From Alphaproteobacteria bacterium (lineage in GTDB: Bacteria > Pseudomonadota > Alphaproteobacteria > UBA828): DNA of 64,000 nucleotides. The position numbers and the translations under genes are program-made. The DNA is taken from the NCBI GenBank assembly GCA_963667785.2, contig CAXXMU010000001.1, positions 672,001 to 736,000 of the forward strand. Reading direction: 5' to 3'. Shown here piece by piece: positions 11,610 to 21,518 of this stretch. Below the pieces are notes generated by a model. The model saw nothing but the letters and a program-made list of their open reading frames with translations, searched no databases and had not been told where the DNA came from. The stretch's first letter is position 1. The number at the start of each line of letters is the position of its first letter.

Positions 11610-12347
11610 TCAGATCATCGCCATGCCGCCGTTGACGTGGAGCGTCTGCCCGGTGACGTAGCGGGCCTCCTCGCTCGCCAGATAGACGCACGCGGCGGCG
11701 ACGTCGCCCCCTTCGCCGAAGCGGCCGGCGGGAATTGCGCCGAGCAGCGTCTCCTTCTGGGCATCCGGCAGTGCGTCGGTCATCGCCGTCTCGATGAACC
11801 CCGGAGCGACGCAGTTGGCGGTGACCCCGCGCGCCGCCGCCTCCGCCGCGAGCGCCTTCACCATCCCTGCGAGGCCGGCCTTGGAGGCGGCGTAGTTGGC
11901 CTGGCCGGCATTGCCGGTCGTGCCCACCACCGAGGTGATGAAGATGAGCCGCCCCCAGCGCTGGCGGATCATGCCGCGCAGGCAGGCGCGCGCCAGCACA
12001 AAGCCCGCGCTGAGATTGACTTCCAGGACCTCCTGCCAGTCCTCGTCCTTCATCCTGAGGGCGAGGCCGTCGCGGGTGATGCCGCCGCAATGCACCAGGA
12101 TGGCGGGCGCGCCCAGCGCGTCCGCCGCCCGCTCGGGCAGCGCCGCGAGCGCATCGCGGTCGGCAAGATCGCAGGGCAGCGCGCACGCCCCCTCGCCGAG
12201 CCGCCCGGCGAGCCCCTCCAGCGCATCCGCCCGTCGGCCCGAGAGCGCCACGGCCGCACCCTGGCTGTGCAGGGCCTCGGCGATGGCGCCGCCGATGCCG
12301 CCCGAGGCGCCCGTTACCAGCGCTACCTTTCCCGACAGATCGAACAT
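11610..12347 (-). CDS. fabG: 3-oxoacyl-ACP reductase
   Basis: TGASGGIG, GITRD, NYAASK, APGFIET, GQTLHVNGG. Confidence 0.96.
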   Translation of the reverse strand: MFDLSGKVALVTGASGGIGGAIAEALHSQGAAVALSGRRADALEGLAGRLGEGACALPCDLADRDALAALPERAADALGAPAILVHCGGITRDGLALRMKDEDWQEVLEVNLSAGFVLARACLRGMIRQRWGRLIFITSVVGTTGNAGQANYAASKAGLAGMVKALAAEAAARGVTANCVAPGFIETAMTDALPDAQKETLLGAIPAGRFGEGGDVAAACVYLASEEARYVTGQTLHVNGGMAMI

Positions 12348-12382
12348 CCCTCGCCGCTCCCCGCTCTTGCCGTCCGCTGCCT

Positions 12383-13327
12383 CTAAGCCGCCTGTTCCAG
12401 CAAAGCCTCGACCTCCGCGACCGTGCCGACCGAAGAGGCGCCGAGCCCCCGGTCGATACGCCGTGCTAGGCCGCTGAGCACCTTCCCGGCGCCGACCTCG
12501 ATCAGCGTGTCCGCGCCGTCTTCCGCCATGTTCAGCACGCTCTCTCGCCAGCGCACCATCGCCGTCACCTGGCGCACGAGCAATGCCGGCACCTCGGCGG
12601 CGTCCGTCACCGGCCGGGCGGTGACGTTGGCGACAACCGGCACCGCGAGCGGCATGAACTCGACCTCCCGGAACGCCGCCGCCATGGTCTCTGCCGCAGG
12701 CGCCAGCAGCGGCGAGTGGAAGGGGGCGCTGACCGGCAGCATGACGGCGCGCCGCACGCCGTGGTCCGGAGCCAGCGCGACCGCGCGCTCCACGGCCGAG
12801 GCCGTGCCGCTGATCACGACCTGCCCCGGCGCGTTGTCGTTGCCGATCACGCAGACCTCGCCTTCGGCAGCCGCCCCGGCGATCGCCTCGGCCTGGGCGA
12901 GATCGGCACCGAGCAGCGCGGCCATGGCGCCGGCGCCGACCGGCACGGCCCGCTGCATCGCCTCGCCGCGCAGGCGCAGCAGGCGCGCCGCGTCGCCGAG
13001 CGCGAGGCAGCCGGCGGCGGCGAGCGCCGTGTACTCGCCCAGCGAGTGGCCGGCGACGAAGGCGGCCTTCTCGTCGAGGCGCCAGCGGCCCTCGGCCTCA
13101 AGCGCGCCAATGGCCGCAAGCGAGACCGCCATGAGCGCCGGCTGCGCGTTCCTGGTCAGCGTGAGCTCGTCTTCGTCGCCCTCGAACATGAGCCGCGAGA
13201 GGGGCTCGCCGAGGGCGTCGTCGACCTCCTCGAACACGGCGCGGGATGCCGGGAACGCGTCGTGAAGGTCGCGGCCCATGCCGACCGCCTGGGAGCCCTG
13301 TCCGGGAAAGACGATGGCTGTCTTCAT
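12383..13327 (-). CDS. fabD: Malonyl-CoA:ACP transacylase
   Basis: FPGQGSQ, GHSLGEY, SAPFHS. Confidence 0.96.
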   Translation of the reverse strand: MKTAIVFPGQGSQAVGMGRDLHDAFPASRAVFEEVDDALGEPLSRLMFEGDEDELTLTRNAQPALMAVSLAAIGALEAEGRWRLDEKAAFVAGHSLGEYTALAAAGCLALGDAARLLRLRGEAMQRAVPVGAGAMAALLGADLAQAEAIAGAAAEGEVCVIGNDNAPGQVVISGTASAVERAVALAPDHGVRRAVMLPVSAPFHSPLLAPAAETMAAAFREVEFMPLAVPVVANVTARPVTDAAEVPALLVRQVTAMVRWRESVLNMAEDGADTLIEVGAGKVLSGLARRIDRGLGASSVGTVAEVEALLEQAA

Positions 13328-13578
13328 CCGAGAGACCGTCGCGCGTCCGAGAGATGTCCGCGTGCGCGGCGCTACTCACCATGCGGCCCGGCACCTGTCA
13401 AGCGAGGCCGCTTCGAGGTCGTCTCCTGCATCGCGTCTTGGCGGCGGGGTTCCCGGCGGGCGTCTTGCGCGGCGGGAGCGATGATGTATAGTCCGCCGCC
13501 TGGGTCCGCCGCCCCGCCGCGCTGCAGGGCGGGCGGGCTGTCACGCGCCGCGACCGATACTCAGGAGAACAGCGCCGC

Positions 13579-14139
13579 ATGCCGCTCTACGAGAGCACCT
13601 TCATCGCGCGCCCAGATATCTCGTCCCAGCAGGTGGACGGCCTTGCCGAGCAGTTCCGCGAGATTCTCACGGACGCCGGCGGCGCCGTCGCCAAGACCGA
13701 GTATTGGGGGCTGCGCAGCCTGGCCTACCGCATCAAGAAGAACCGCAAGGGCCACTATTACTTCATGAACATCGATGCGCCGGCGGACGCGATCGCCGCG
13801 ATGGAGCGCACGATGCGCATCAACGAGGATGTGATCCGCTACCTGACAGTGCGGGTGGAGGAGCACGATCCCAACCCGGCGCCGCTGACCCAGTCGCGCG
13901 GACGCGGACGCGACGGGCGCTCCGGCCGCGGCGGCAGGTGGGAAAGCCGCGGCGGCGAGGGCCGGCGCCGCGACGATGATGGCGAGCGCGGCGACCGCGG
14001 CGAGCGCGGTGAGCAGGGCCGCGAGCGGCGCGACGCTAAGCCGCAGGACGCCGCCGCGCCGGCGGACGCAGCGAGCGCTGCCGGCGAGGGCTCGTCCGGC
14101 AGTGGCGAAGGCGGCGGCGAGGAGAAGAGCGATGGTTGA
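13579..14139 (+). CDS. rpsF: 30S ribosomal protein S6 with long low-complexity C-terminal tail
   Basis: [31 protein letters not shown]. Confidence 0.96.
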   Translation: MPLYESTFIARPDISSQQVDGLAEQFREILTDAGGAVAKTEYWGLRSLAYRIKKNRKGHYYFMNIDAPADAIAAMERTMRINEDVIRYLTVRVEEHDPNPAPLTQSRGRGRDGRSGRGGRWESRGGEGRRRDDDGERGDRGERGEQGRERRDAKPQDAAAPADAASAAGEGSSGSGEGGGEEKSDG

Positions 14140-14515
14140 GGGCGAACGGACCGAGGGCGCCGCACAGCCCGCCGGCGAAGGCCGGCCGCCACCGCCTGGC
14201 GGCGCGCGCGGCCGGCCGCCGCACGGCGCCCCGCGCCACGGCGGCCCCGGCGGCGGCCGCGGCGGCGGTGGCGTGCCCGTGGTGTCGTTCCCCAGGCGGC
14301 CCTTCTTCCGGCGCAAGAAGTCGTGTCCGTTCAGCGGGCCCAACGCGCCGAAGATCGACTATCGTGACGTCAAGCTCCTCCAGCGCTTCCTCTCCGAGCG
14401 CGGGAAGATCGTGCCGAGCCGCATCACCGCGGTGTCGGCCAAGAAGCAACGGGAGCTCGCGCGGGCGATCAAGCGCGCGCGCCATCTGGCGCTTCTGCCC
14501 TACGTCATCAAGTAG
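14132..14515 (+). CDS. rpsR: 30S ribosomal protein S18 with G/P/R-rich N-terminal extension (start uncertain)
   Basis: [36 protein letters not shown]. Confidence 0.95.
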   Translation: MVEGERTEGAAQPAGEGRPPPPGGARGRPPHGAPRHGGPGGGRGGGGVPVVSFPRRPFFRRKKSCPFSGPNAPKIDYRDVKLLQRFLSERGKIVPSRITAVSAKKQRELARAIKRARHLALLPYVIK

Positions 14516-14585
14516 CATCGGCTAGCCGGACCTCGCCCAGCGCCAGCGGCGCGGCCGGGCGATCCGCCAAGCGGGGAACAGGGGC

Positions 14586-15275
14586 ATGGAAGTCATCTTG
14601 CTCGAGAGGATCGAGAAGCTCGGCGGGATGGGCGACGTCGTCGGGGTGAAGGACGGCTACGCCCGCAACTTCCTGCTGCCGCGCAAGAAGGCCCTTCGCG
14701 CCACGCCCGAGAACATGGAGCGCTTCGAGCGGGAGCGCGAGGCGCTGGAGAGGCTGAACGGCGACCGGCGCGACGCGGCGCGCTCGGCGGCAACCCGGCT
14801 GGAGGGCGAGAGCATCATCCTCATCCGCCAGGCGAGCGACACGCTCCAGCTCTATGGCTCGGTCAGCGCGCGCGACATCGCCGAGGAGATGAGCGGGCGC
14901 GGTGCCGAGGTCAGGCGCCAGCAGGTGCGCCTCGACCGCCCGATCAAGGCGCTCGGCGTTCACGAGGTGCGGATCGCGCTGCACCCGGAGGTGACGGTGA
15001 TCGTCAAGGTCAACGTCGCGCGCTCGCCGGAGGAGGCCGAGATCCAGGCCCGTGGCGGCACCATCCTCGACGACGTCGACGACGAGGCGGATGAGGCTGC
15101 CGACGAGGCTGCGGATGCCGGCGAAGGCGGCGAGCCGTCTGCGGCGGTGGCGAGCGAGGGCGATGACGCCCCGGAGGCGGAAGCCGCGGCCGACGAGGCC
15201 GAGGCCGGGCCCGAGGACGAGAGCGGGCCTGAGAGCGAAAGCGCCCCCGAGGACGAAGGCGCCCCCCGCGACTAG
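14586..15275 (+). CDS. rplI: 50S ribosomal protein L9 with acidic tail
   Basis: MEVILLERIEKLG, VKDGYARNFLLP, LYGSVS, LHPEV. Confidence 0.96.
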   Translation: MEVILLERIEKLGGMGDVVGVKDGYARNFLLPRKKALRATPENMERFEREREALERLNGDRRDAARSAATRLEGESIILIRQASDTLQLYGSVSARDIAEEMSGRGAEVRRQQVRLDRPIKALGVHEVRIALHPEVTVIVKVNVARSPEEAEIQARGGTILDDVDDEADEAADEAADAGEGGEPSAAVASEGDDAPEAEAAADEAEAGPEDESGPESESAPEDEGAPRD

Positions 15276-15299
15276 GAAGGAAGCCCCGGACGACACGCC

Positions 15300-16514
15300 G
15301 TGCTGGTCGCGCCCCTTCTGCGGACACTGATGAAGCGGGGCTCGCTCCGCGTGGTGGACGCGCGCGGCAAGCTCCATACGTTCTCTGGCGAGCCGGGGCC
15401 GACGGTCACCATCCGACTGCACGATCGCTCGCTGCACTGGAAGCTGCTCTTGAACCCGCGTCTCGCGGTCGGCGAGGCCTACATGGACGGCACGCTGACG
15501 CTGGAAGACGACGCGACCGTGCGCGACTTCCTGCACCTGGTCGGCGCCAACATCCACCTGCTCGACGAGAACACCGTCATCAAGGCGCGCAACTGGCTCG
15601 CGCAGTGGGTTCGCCCGCTCCAGCAGCACAACCCCATCGGCCGCGCGCGGCAGAACGTGGCCCACCACTACGACCTGTCGGACGATCTCTACGACCTCTT
15701 CCTCGACCCGGACAGGCAGTACTCCTGCGCCTATTTCGACACCCCCAACCACACGCTGGAGCAGGCCCAGCACGCCAAGAAGCGGCATCTCGCGTCCAAG
15801 CTCCTGCTCGAGCGACCGGGGCTCTCCGTGCTCGACATCGGCTCGGGCTGGGGCGGGCTCGGCATCTATCTTCACCAGGAGACCGGCGCGAGCGTGACCG
15901 GGCTCACGTTGTCGCGCGAGCAGCAGGCCTACGCCACCGAGCGCGCGAAGACGCTCGGCATCGAGGAGCAGGTCGCCTTTCACCTCCGCGACTATCGCCA
16001 GGACACGGGCAGCTATGACCGGATCGTCTCGGTTGGCATGTTCGAGCACGTGGGCGTCAAGCACTATCCCGAGTTCTTCCGCAAGGTGGAACGGCTCCTG
16101 AAGGAGGACGGCGTCGCGCTCCTCCACACCATCGCCCGCTGGGACGGCCCGAGCGTCACCAATCCGTGGCTGCGCAAGTACATCTTTCCGGGCGGCTATT
16201 GCCCCTCGCTCTCCGAGGTGTTCGCCGCCATCGAGCAGACCGGCCTCAAGTCGCTGGACGTCGAGCTGCTCCGCCTCCACTACGCCGACACGCTCAAGCA
16301 CTGGTCGCGCAACTTCGCCGCGAGCCGCGAGCGGGTGAAGGCGATCTACGACGAGCGCTTCTGCCGGATGTGGGAGTTCTACCTCGCCGGGGCCGAGGCG
16401 GCGTTCCGCCATCAGGACCACATGGTGGCCCAGATCCAGCTCGCCCGGCGCCAGGACGCGGCCCCGCTCACCCGCGACTACATGGTGGACTGGGAGCGCG
16501 CCCACCCGGCCTGA
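15300..16514 (+). CDS. cfa: Cyclopropane-fatty-acyl-phospholipid synthase family methyltransferase
   Basis: NVAHHYD, YSCAYF, LDIGSGWGG, SVGMFEHVG, KYIFPGG, RMWEFYL. Confidence 0.92.
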   Translation: MLVAPLLRTLMKRGSLRVVDARGKLHTFSGEPGPTVTIRLHDRSLHWKLLLNPRLAVGEAYMDGTLTLEDDATVRDFLHLVGANIHLLDENTVIKARNWLAQWVRPLQQHNPIGRARQNVAHHYDLSDDLYDLFLDPDRQYSCAYFDTPNHTLEQAQHAKKRHLASKLLLERPGLSVLDIGSGWGGLGIYLHQETGASVTGLTLSREQQAYATERAKTLGIEEQVAFHLRDYRQDTGSYDRIVSVGMFEHVGVKHYPEFFRKVERLLKEDGVALLHTIARWDGPSVTNPWLRKYIFPGGYCPSLSEVFAAIEQTGLKSLDVELLRLHYADTLKHWSRNFAASRERVKAIYDERFCRMWEFYLAGAEAAFRHQDHMVAQIQLARRQDAAPLTRDYMVDWERAHPA

Positions 16515-16773
16515 GCGCGCCGGGCTTTCGGCGGTTCTTCACATCCGCGCTGCGCCGCCGATCGGCGCCCTGCACCGGGAAGCGCCCGCTTCCCCCGCAT
16601 TCCACGGGGTGTGGAAAAACCCTTTCCCCGCTTTCCCCACGTCCCCCGCCTTTCACCGTTTTCGACATCCCGAGTGGCGGCACGGCGCTCGGGTCCGTGT
16701 TCTCCCCGGTATCCCCGCGTTCCCCCGCGTTCCAGGCGTGGAGCGAACGGTTGCACGCGTGTATATCGAGGGC

Positions 16774-18273
16774 ATGGCCACGCGCGTCCCCCTCGAGGAA
16801 GCAACGACCGAGACGCCGGGCTATCGCTCCCCGCCGAGCAATCTCGAAGCCGAGCAGGCGCTTCTCGGCGCCCTGCTGGTGAACAACGAAGCCGCCAGCC
16901 TGGTCAGCGCCTTCCTGCTGGCGGAGCATTTCCTGCTGCCGGTGCACGGTCGCATCTACGACGCGGTCCTCCGCATGATCGAACGCGGGCAGATCGCCAA
17001 CCCGGTGACGCTGAAGCATTTCTTCGAGCGTGACGAGGCGCTGGAGGAAGCCGGCGGCGGCCAGTACCTGGCGCGGCTCGCGGCGTCCGCCGTGACCGTG
17101 ATCAACGCCGAGCACTACGGGCGCGCCATCCACGATCTCGCGCTGCGGCGCGCGCTGGTCGGCATCGGCGAGGACGTGGTGAACGAGGCTTACGACGGGC
17201 CGCCGGACCAGCCGGCGTCCGAGCAGATCGAGGAGGCCGAGCACAAGCTCTACCAGCTCTCCGAGGAGGGCAGGGTCGACCCCGGCGGGCAGGACTTCGC
17301 GTCGCCGCTCGCCAGCGCCGTCGAGATGATCGAGCGGGCCTACAAGCGGGACACCCATCTGACCGGCGCGCCGACCGGCTTCAACGATCTCGACCGCCTG
17401 CTGGGCGGGCTGCATCCATCCGACCTCGTCATCCTGGCCGGCCGCCCCGGCATGGGGAAGACGGCGCTCGCCACCAACATCGCCTTCAACGCCGCCTCGC
17501 GCTTCCACAAGGGCAGCGACGGGCCGGACGGCAAGCGGCCGGGCGACGGCGCGAGGGTCGCCTTCTTCTCGCTCGAAATGTCGGCCGAGCAGCTCGCGAC
17601 CCGCATTCTCGCCGAGCAGACCGGCATCCCGTCCGACAAGCTCAGGCGCGGCGAGGTGCGCGACGCGGACTTCGGCGAGATCGTCAAGGCCAGCCGGGAG
17701 ATGGAGGTGCTGCCGCTCTTCATCGACGATTCGCCGGCGCTCACCATCGCCGGCCTGCGCGCCCGCGCCCGCCGACTGAAGCGCCGTCACGGCATCTCGC
17801 TGATCGTCGTCGACTACCTGCAGCTCATGCGGCCGACCACGAGCATGCGCCTCAACAACCGGGTGCAGGAGGTATCGGAGATCACCCAGGGCCTCAAGGC
17901 GCTGGCCAAGGACCTGAACCTGCCCGTGCTGGCGCTCTCGCAGCTCAGCCGCGCCGTGGAGAGCCGGGACGACAAGCGGCCGCAGCTCGCCGACCTGCGC
18001 GAATCCGGCTCGATCGAGCAGGATGCGGACGTGGTCATGTTCATCTACCGCGAGCAGTACTATCTCGAGCGTCGGGAGCCTGCCGTGGACAACGCCACCG
18101 ACCATGCCGAGTGGCAGGAGAAGATGGAGAAGGTCCACAACAAGGCGGAGATCATCATCGCCAAGCAGCGCCACGGCCCCACCGGCAAGGTGGACCTCTA
18201 CTTCAACGCCCTGCTGACCAAGTTCGACAATCTCGACTCCGTCCACACCTCAGACGAGGCCCCCCCGTTCTAG
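16774..18273 (+). CDS. dnaB: Replicative DNA helicase
   Basis: EAEQALLG, AGRPGMGKT, FSLEM, DYLQL, LSQLSR, DLRESGSIEQDAD, KQRHGP; start set to MATRVP. Confidence 0.97.
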   Translation: MATRVPLEEATTETPGYRSPPSNLEAEQALLGALLVNNEAASLVSAFLLAEHFLLPVHGRIYDAVLRMIERGQIANPVTLKHFFERDEALEEAGGGQYLARLAASAVTVINAEHYGRAIHDLALRRALVGIGEDVVNEAYDGPPDQPASEQIEEAEHKLYQLSEEGRVDPGGQDFASPLASAVEMIERAYKRDTHLTGAPTGFNDLDRLLGGLHPSDLVILAGRPGMGKTALATNIAFNAASRFHKGSDGPDGKRPGDGARVAFFSLEMSAEQLATRILAEQTGIPSDKLRRGEVRDADFGEIVKASREMEVLPLFIDDSPALTIAGLRARARRLKRRHGISLIVVDYLQLMRPTTSMRLNNRVQEVSEITQGLKALAKDLNLPVLALSQLSRAVESRDDKRPQLADLRESGSIEQDADVVMFIYREQYYLERREPAVDNATDHAEWQEKMEKVHNKAEIIIAKQRHGPTGKVDLYFNALLTKFDNLDSVHTSDEAPPF

Positions 18274-18300
18274 GCGCCGCGGGCGCTTGCGCGCGGGAAT

Positions 18301-18315
18301 GTTCTTGTAATGTTC
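18301..18315 (+). promoter_or_regulatory. Alphaproteobacterial LexA (SOS) box GTTC-N7-GTTC
   Basis: gttc ttgtaat gttc, 24 bp upstream of the radical SAM gene start. Confidence 0.75.
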
Positions 18316-18339
18316 TCGTCGACGGCGTAGCCTGCGAGG

Positions 18340-19404
18340 ATGAAGGACGCGCGCAAGGGGCGCGGGGCAGCGAGCAACCGGAGCGGGCGCTACGAGCGCC
18401 ACCGGCACGAGGCGTTCGACGACGGCTGGGGCACCATCGACGAGGAGCCGGCACCGCTCGGGACCGAGGTGCGCCCGGACGCGAGCCGCACGGTGATCGC
18501 GCGCAACGCCTCGCCCGACCTCGGCTTCGACCGCTCCATCAACGTCTATCGCGGCTGCGAGCACGGCTGCGTCTATTGCTACGCCCGCCCCACCCACGCC
18601 TTTCTCGGCCTGTCGCCCGGCCAGGACTTCGAGAGCCGAATCTTCGCCAAGCACGATGCCCCCGCCCAGCTCGAACGCGAGCTCGCCCGCCCGGGCTACG
18701 CCTGCCGCATGATCGCCATGGGCACCAACACCGACCCCTACCAGCCGACCGAGCGGCGCCTCGCGCTCACGCGGGGGGTGCTCGAGGTGCTGGAGCGCTG
18801 CGAGCATCCCGTCGGCATCGTCACCAAGTCGGCGCTGGTCGTGCGCGACGCCGACATCCTCTCCCGCATGGCCCGGCGCCGGCTGGCCACCGTGTCGCTC
18901 TCGGTCACGACGCTGGACCGCGATCTCGCCCGCACCATGGAGCCGCGCGCCTCGACCCCGGCCAAGCGGCTGGAAGCGATGAAGGCGCTCGGCGCGGCGG
19001 GCGTGCCGGTGGGGGTGATGGTGGCGCCCATCGTGCCGGGCCTCACCGACCACGAGATGGAGGGGATCCTGGAGGCCGCGCATGCGGCGGGCGCGGGCCG
19101 CGCGGGCTATGTCCTGCTGCGGCTGCCGCGCGAGGTGCGGGAGCTCTTTCTGGAGTGGCTCTCCGTCCATGCGCCGAACAGGGCCGGGCGCGTCGTCTCG
19201 CTGCTGCAGGGGATGCGCGACGGCGCGCTCAACGACCCGCACTTCGACTCCCGCATGACAGGCAAGGGGCCCTATGCCGCATTGCTGGCCGCGCGTTTCG
19301 CCAGGGCGACGCAGCGGCTCGGCCTCGCGCGCCGCGGGCCCGGCCTCGATACCGAGCGCTTCCGCCCGCCCTCGCGCGATCCGGCCCAGCTCGCTCTCCT
19401 CTGA
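18340..19404 (+). CDS. PA0069/Rv2578c-family radical SAM protein (SplB-like, putative DNA repair)
   Basis: KGRGA, FDRSINVYRGCEHGCVYCYARPTH (CxxxCxxC), NTDPYQP. Confidence 0.9.
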   Translation: MKDARKGRGAASNRSGRYERHRHEAFDDGWGTIDEEPAPLGTEVRPDASRTVIARNASPDLGFDRSINVYRGCEHGCVYCYARPTHAFLGLSPGQDFESRIFAKHDAPAQLERELARPGYACRMIAMGTNTDPYQPTERRLALTRGVLEVLERCEHPVGIVTKSALVVRDADILSRMARRRLATVSLSVTTLDRDLARTMEPRASTPAKRLEAMKALGAAGVPVGVMVAPIVPGLTDHEMEGILEAAHAAGAGRAGYVLLRLPREVRELFLEWLSVHAPNRAGRVVSLLQGMRDGALNDPHFDSRMTGKGPYAALLAARFARATQRLGLARRGPGLDTERFRPPSRDPAQLALL

Positions 19405-19428
19405 CCGGCGCCCGTGCTAGAAGGCGCC

Positions 19429-20079
19429 ATGGCAGGGAGGCGCGCGCCGCGGGCACGGCCCGATCTTTCGCTGGAAGCTGCGGTGGGCGTGCGCGTGGCC
19501 GGGGTCGACGAGGCCGGCCGCGGCCCCTGGGCCGGGCCCGTGGTGGCGGCCGCGGTGGTCTTCGCGGCGGACGGCCCGCCGCCGTCGCTGAGGGTCGCCG
19601 TCACCGATTCGAAGCTGCTGACGGCGGAGCGCCGCGCCGCCCTTCATCCGGCGATCCTGGCCTGCGCCGATGCCGCCACGGGCCTCGCCAGCGTCGCCGA
19701 GATCGACGCCATGAACATCCTCCAGGCCACCCTGCTCGCCATGCGCCGCGCGGTCGCCCGGCTGGCGGAGACGCCCGACGCCGTGCTGGTCGACGGCAAC
19801 CGGGTTCCGCGCCTGCCCTGCCCGGCACGGGCGGTGGTGGGCGGCGACCGGCTGAGCCTCTCGATCGCCGCCGCTTCCATCGTCGCCAAGGTCACGCGCG
19901 ACCGGCTGATGGCGGAGCTCGCGGCGCACCACCCGGGCTATGGCTGGGAGCGCAACGCGGGCTACGGCACGGCGGAGCACCGGGCCGGCCTCGCGCGCCT
20001 CGGGCCCTGCGCGCACCACCGGCGCTCCTTCCGCCCGATCCGGGCGCTGGTCGACGGGGCGGCGAAGGCATCTCCGTGA
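19429..20079 (+). CDS. rnhB: Ribonuclease HII
   Basis: [32 protein letters not shown]. Confidence 0.95.
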   Translation: MAGRRAPRARPDLSLEAAVGVRVAGVDEAGRGPWAGPVVAAAVVFAADGPPPSLRVAVTDSKLLTAERRAALHPAILACADAATGLASVAEIDAMNILQATLLAMRRAVARLAETPDAVLVDGNRVPRLPCPARAVVGGDRLSLSIAAASIVAKVTRDRLMAELAAHHPGYGWERNAGYGTAEHRAGLARLGPCAHHRRSFRPIRALVDGAAKASP

Positions 20080-20615
20080 GCAGGGCGCGCGCCGACGACC
20101 TCGTCGTCCGCCCGCCGGGCACGCTCCGCTGGCGCGGGCGCCGCTTCGCCTGCGCGATCGGCTGGGGCGGGGTACGCGCGGACAAGCGCGAGGGCGACGG
20201 CGCGACGCCAGCCGGCCGCTTCCCGCTGCGCCGCGTCCTCTACCGGCCGGACCGCCTGGCCCCGCCCCGTACCGCGCTCCCCATCGCGCCGCTCGGCCCG
20301 CAGGACGGCTGGTGCGACGATCCCGGCCACCCCCTCTACAACCGGCCGCTCGGCCTGCCCCATGCGGCCCGCCACGAGGCGCTGTGGCGCGAGGATCACG
20401 TCTACGACCTGATCGTCATCCTCGGCCACAACGACGACCCCGTCGTGCCGGGCATGGGCAGCGCGATCTTCCTGCACGTGGCCGGGCCGGACTATGCGCC
20501 GACCGCCGGCTGCGTCGCGATGGCACAGGGCGATCTGCTGACGATCCTGGCCGGCATCGGCCCGCGGGCCTGGCTCCGCGTGCCGCCAGCACCAGGTGCG
20601 ACGCGCTTGAGCTAG
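20076..20615 (+). CDS. L,D-transpeptidase-like (YkuD family) protein
   Basis: GTG start overlapping rnhB stop; [27 protein letters not shown]. Confidence 0.85.
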   Translation: MSRARADDLVVRPPGTLRWRGRRFACAIGWGGVRADKREGDGATPAGRFPLRRVLYRPDRLAPPRTALPIAPLGPQDGWCDDPGHPLYNRPLGLPHAARHEALWREDHVYDLIVILGHNDDPVVPGMGSAIFLHVAGPDYAPTAGCVAMAQGDLLTILAGIGPRAWLRVPPAPGATRLS

Positions 20616-20680
20616 AGCGAGGCTGTCCTAGACGGACTCGCGACAGGCCGCGACCGCGGCCCGCCGCTTATGCGGGGCGC

Positions 20681-20790
20681 CCGCATCGTGCGCTCCGCGC
20701 GCGTGGACGCGCGACGGCGCCGGCTGAAGGCCGGCTGCCGTGAGCGACAAAGACCTGAAGCGTTTCGGTGTGAAGCGGAAACGCTTCAGG
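20681..20790. repeat. Composite dispersed repeat: 36-bp unit (exact reverse-complement copy at 29715-29750) plus ~62-bp unit with palindrome cctgaagcgtttc...gaaacgcttcagg (related reverse copy at 57005-57066)
   Basis: Direct sequence comparison. Confidence 0.75.
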
Positions 20791-21499
20791 GAGCGGGCCG
20801 GGGGCCGAAGATCGCGGTGCCGACCCGGACGTGGGTGGCGCCGGCGGCGACGGCGGCCCGGTAGTCCGCCGACATGCCCATGCTGAGGTGCCCGAGTCCG
20901 TGGCGCGCCGCGAGCTCGCGCAGCAGCGCGAAGTGGGGCGCGGGGTCTTCCGTCGCCGGCGGGATGCACATGAGGCCGCTGACGGGCAGCATCAGGGCGT
21001 GCCGGCACTCCGTCACCAGGGCGTCGAGCCCCGCCGGCAGGACGCCCGCCTTCTGCGGCTCGGCGCCGGTATTGACCTGGATGAAGCACGCCGGGCGGCG
21101 GTCCTGGCGCTCCATCTCGCGGGCGAGCGCCGCCGCCAGCTTCAGCCTGTCGATGGCGTGGATGGCGTCGGCGACGGCCACCGCGTCGCGTGCCTTGTTG
21201 GTCTGCAGGGCGCCGATGAAGTGGAGCGCCGCGTCAGGCCATGCGGCGCGGAGCGCGGGCCACTTCTCGCATGCCTCCTGCACCCGGTTCTCGCCGAAGA
21301 CGCGGTGACCGGCGGCGAGCGCGGCCTCGATGCGGGACGCGGGGTGTCCCTTGGAGACCGCGATCAGCGTAATCTCGTCCGCTGCGCGCCCTGCGGCGCG
21401 CGCCGCCGCCTGGACCTCGGCCCTCACACGGGCGAGATTGGCCGCGATGTCGACGACGGACGGGCCGTCTGCAGCGGGGGCAGGGGGTGCGTTCGCCAT
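20786..21499 (-). CDS. yggS: PLP homeostasis protein YggS/PLPBP
   Basis: LIAVSK, FGENRVQE, HFIGALQTNK, GLMCIPP, LSMGMS.D, VRVGTAIFG. Confidence 0.95.
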   Translation of the reverse strand: MANAPPAPAADGPSVVDIAANLARVRAEVQAAARAAGRAADEITLIAVSKGHPASRIEAALAAGHRVFGENRVQEACEKWPALRAAWPDAALHFIGALQTNKARDAVAVADAIHAIDRLKLAAALAREMERQDRRPACFIQVNTGAEPQKAGVLPAGLDALVTECRHALMLPVSGLMCIPPATEDPAPHFALLRELAARHGLGHLSMGMSADYRAAVAAGATHVRVGTAIFGPRPAP

Positions 21500-21518
21500 G
21501 GGAACCTGAACCGGGCGC

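Noticed and set aside
18111-20075. 834-aa ORF 18111-20615
   Set aside because: Only 20076-20615 is a real gene; the rest overlaps dnaB, the radical SAM gene and rnhB in another frame
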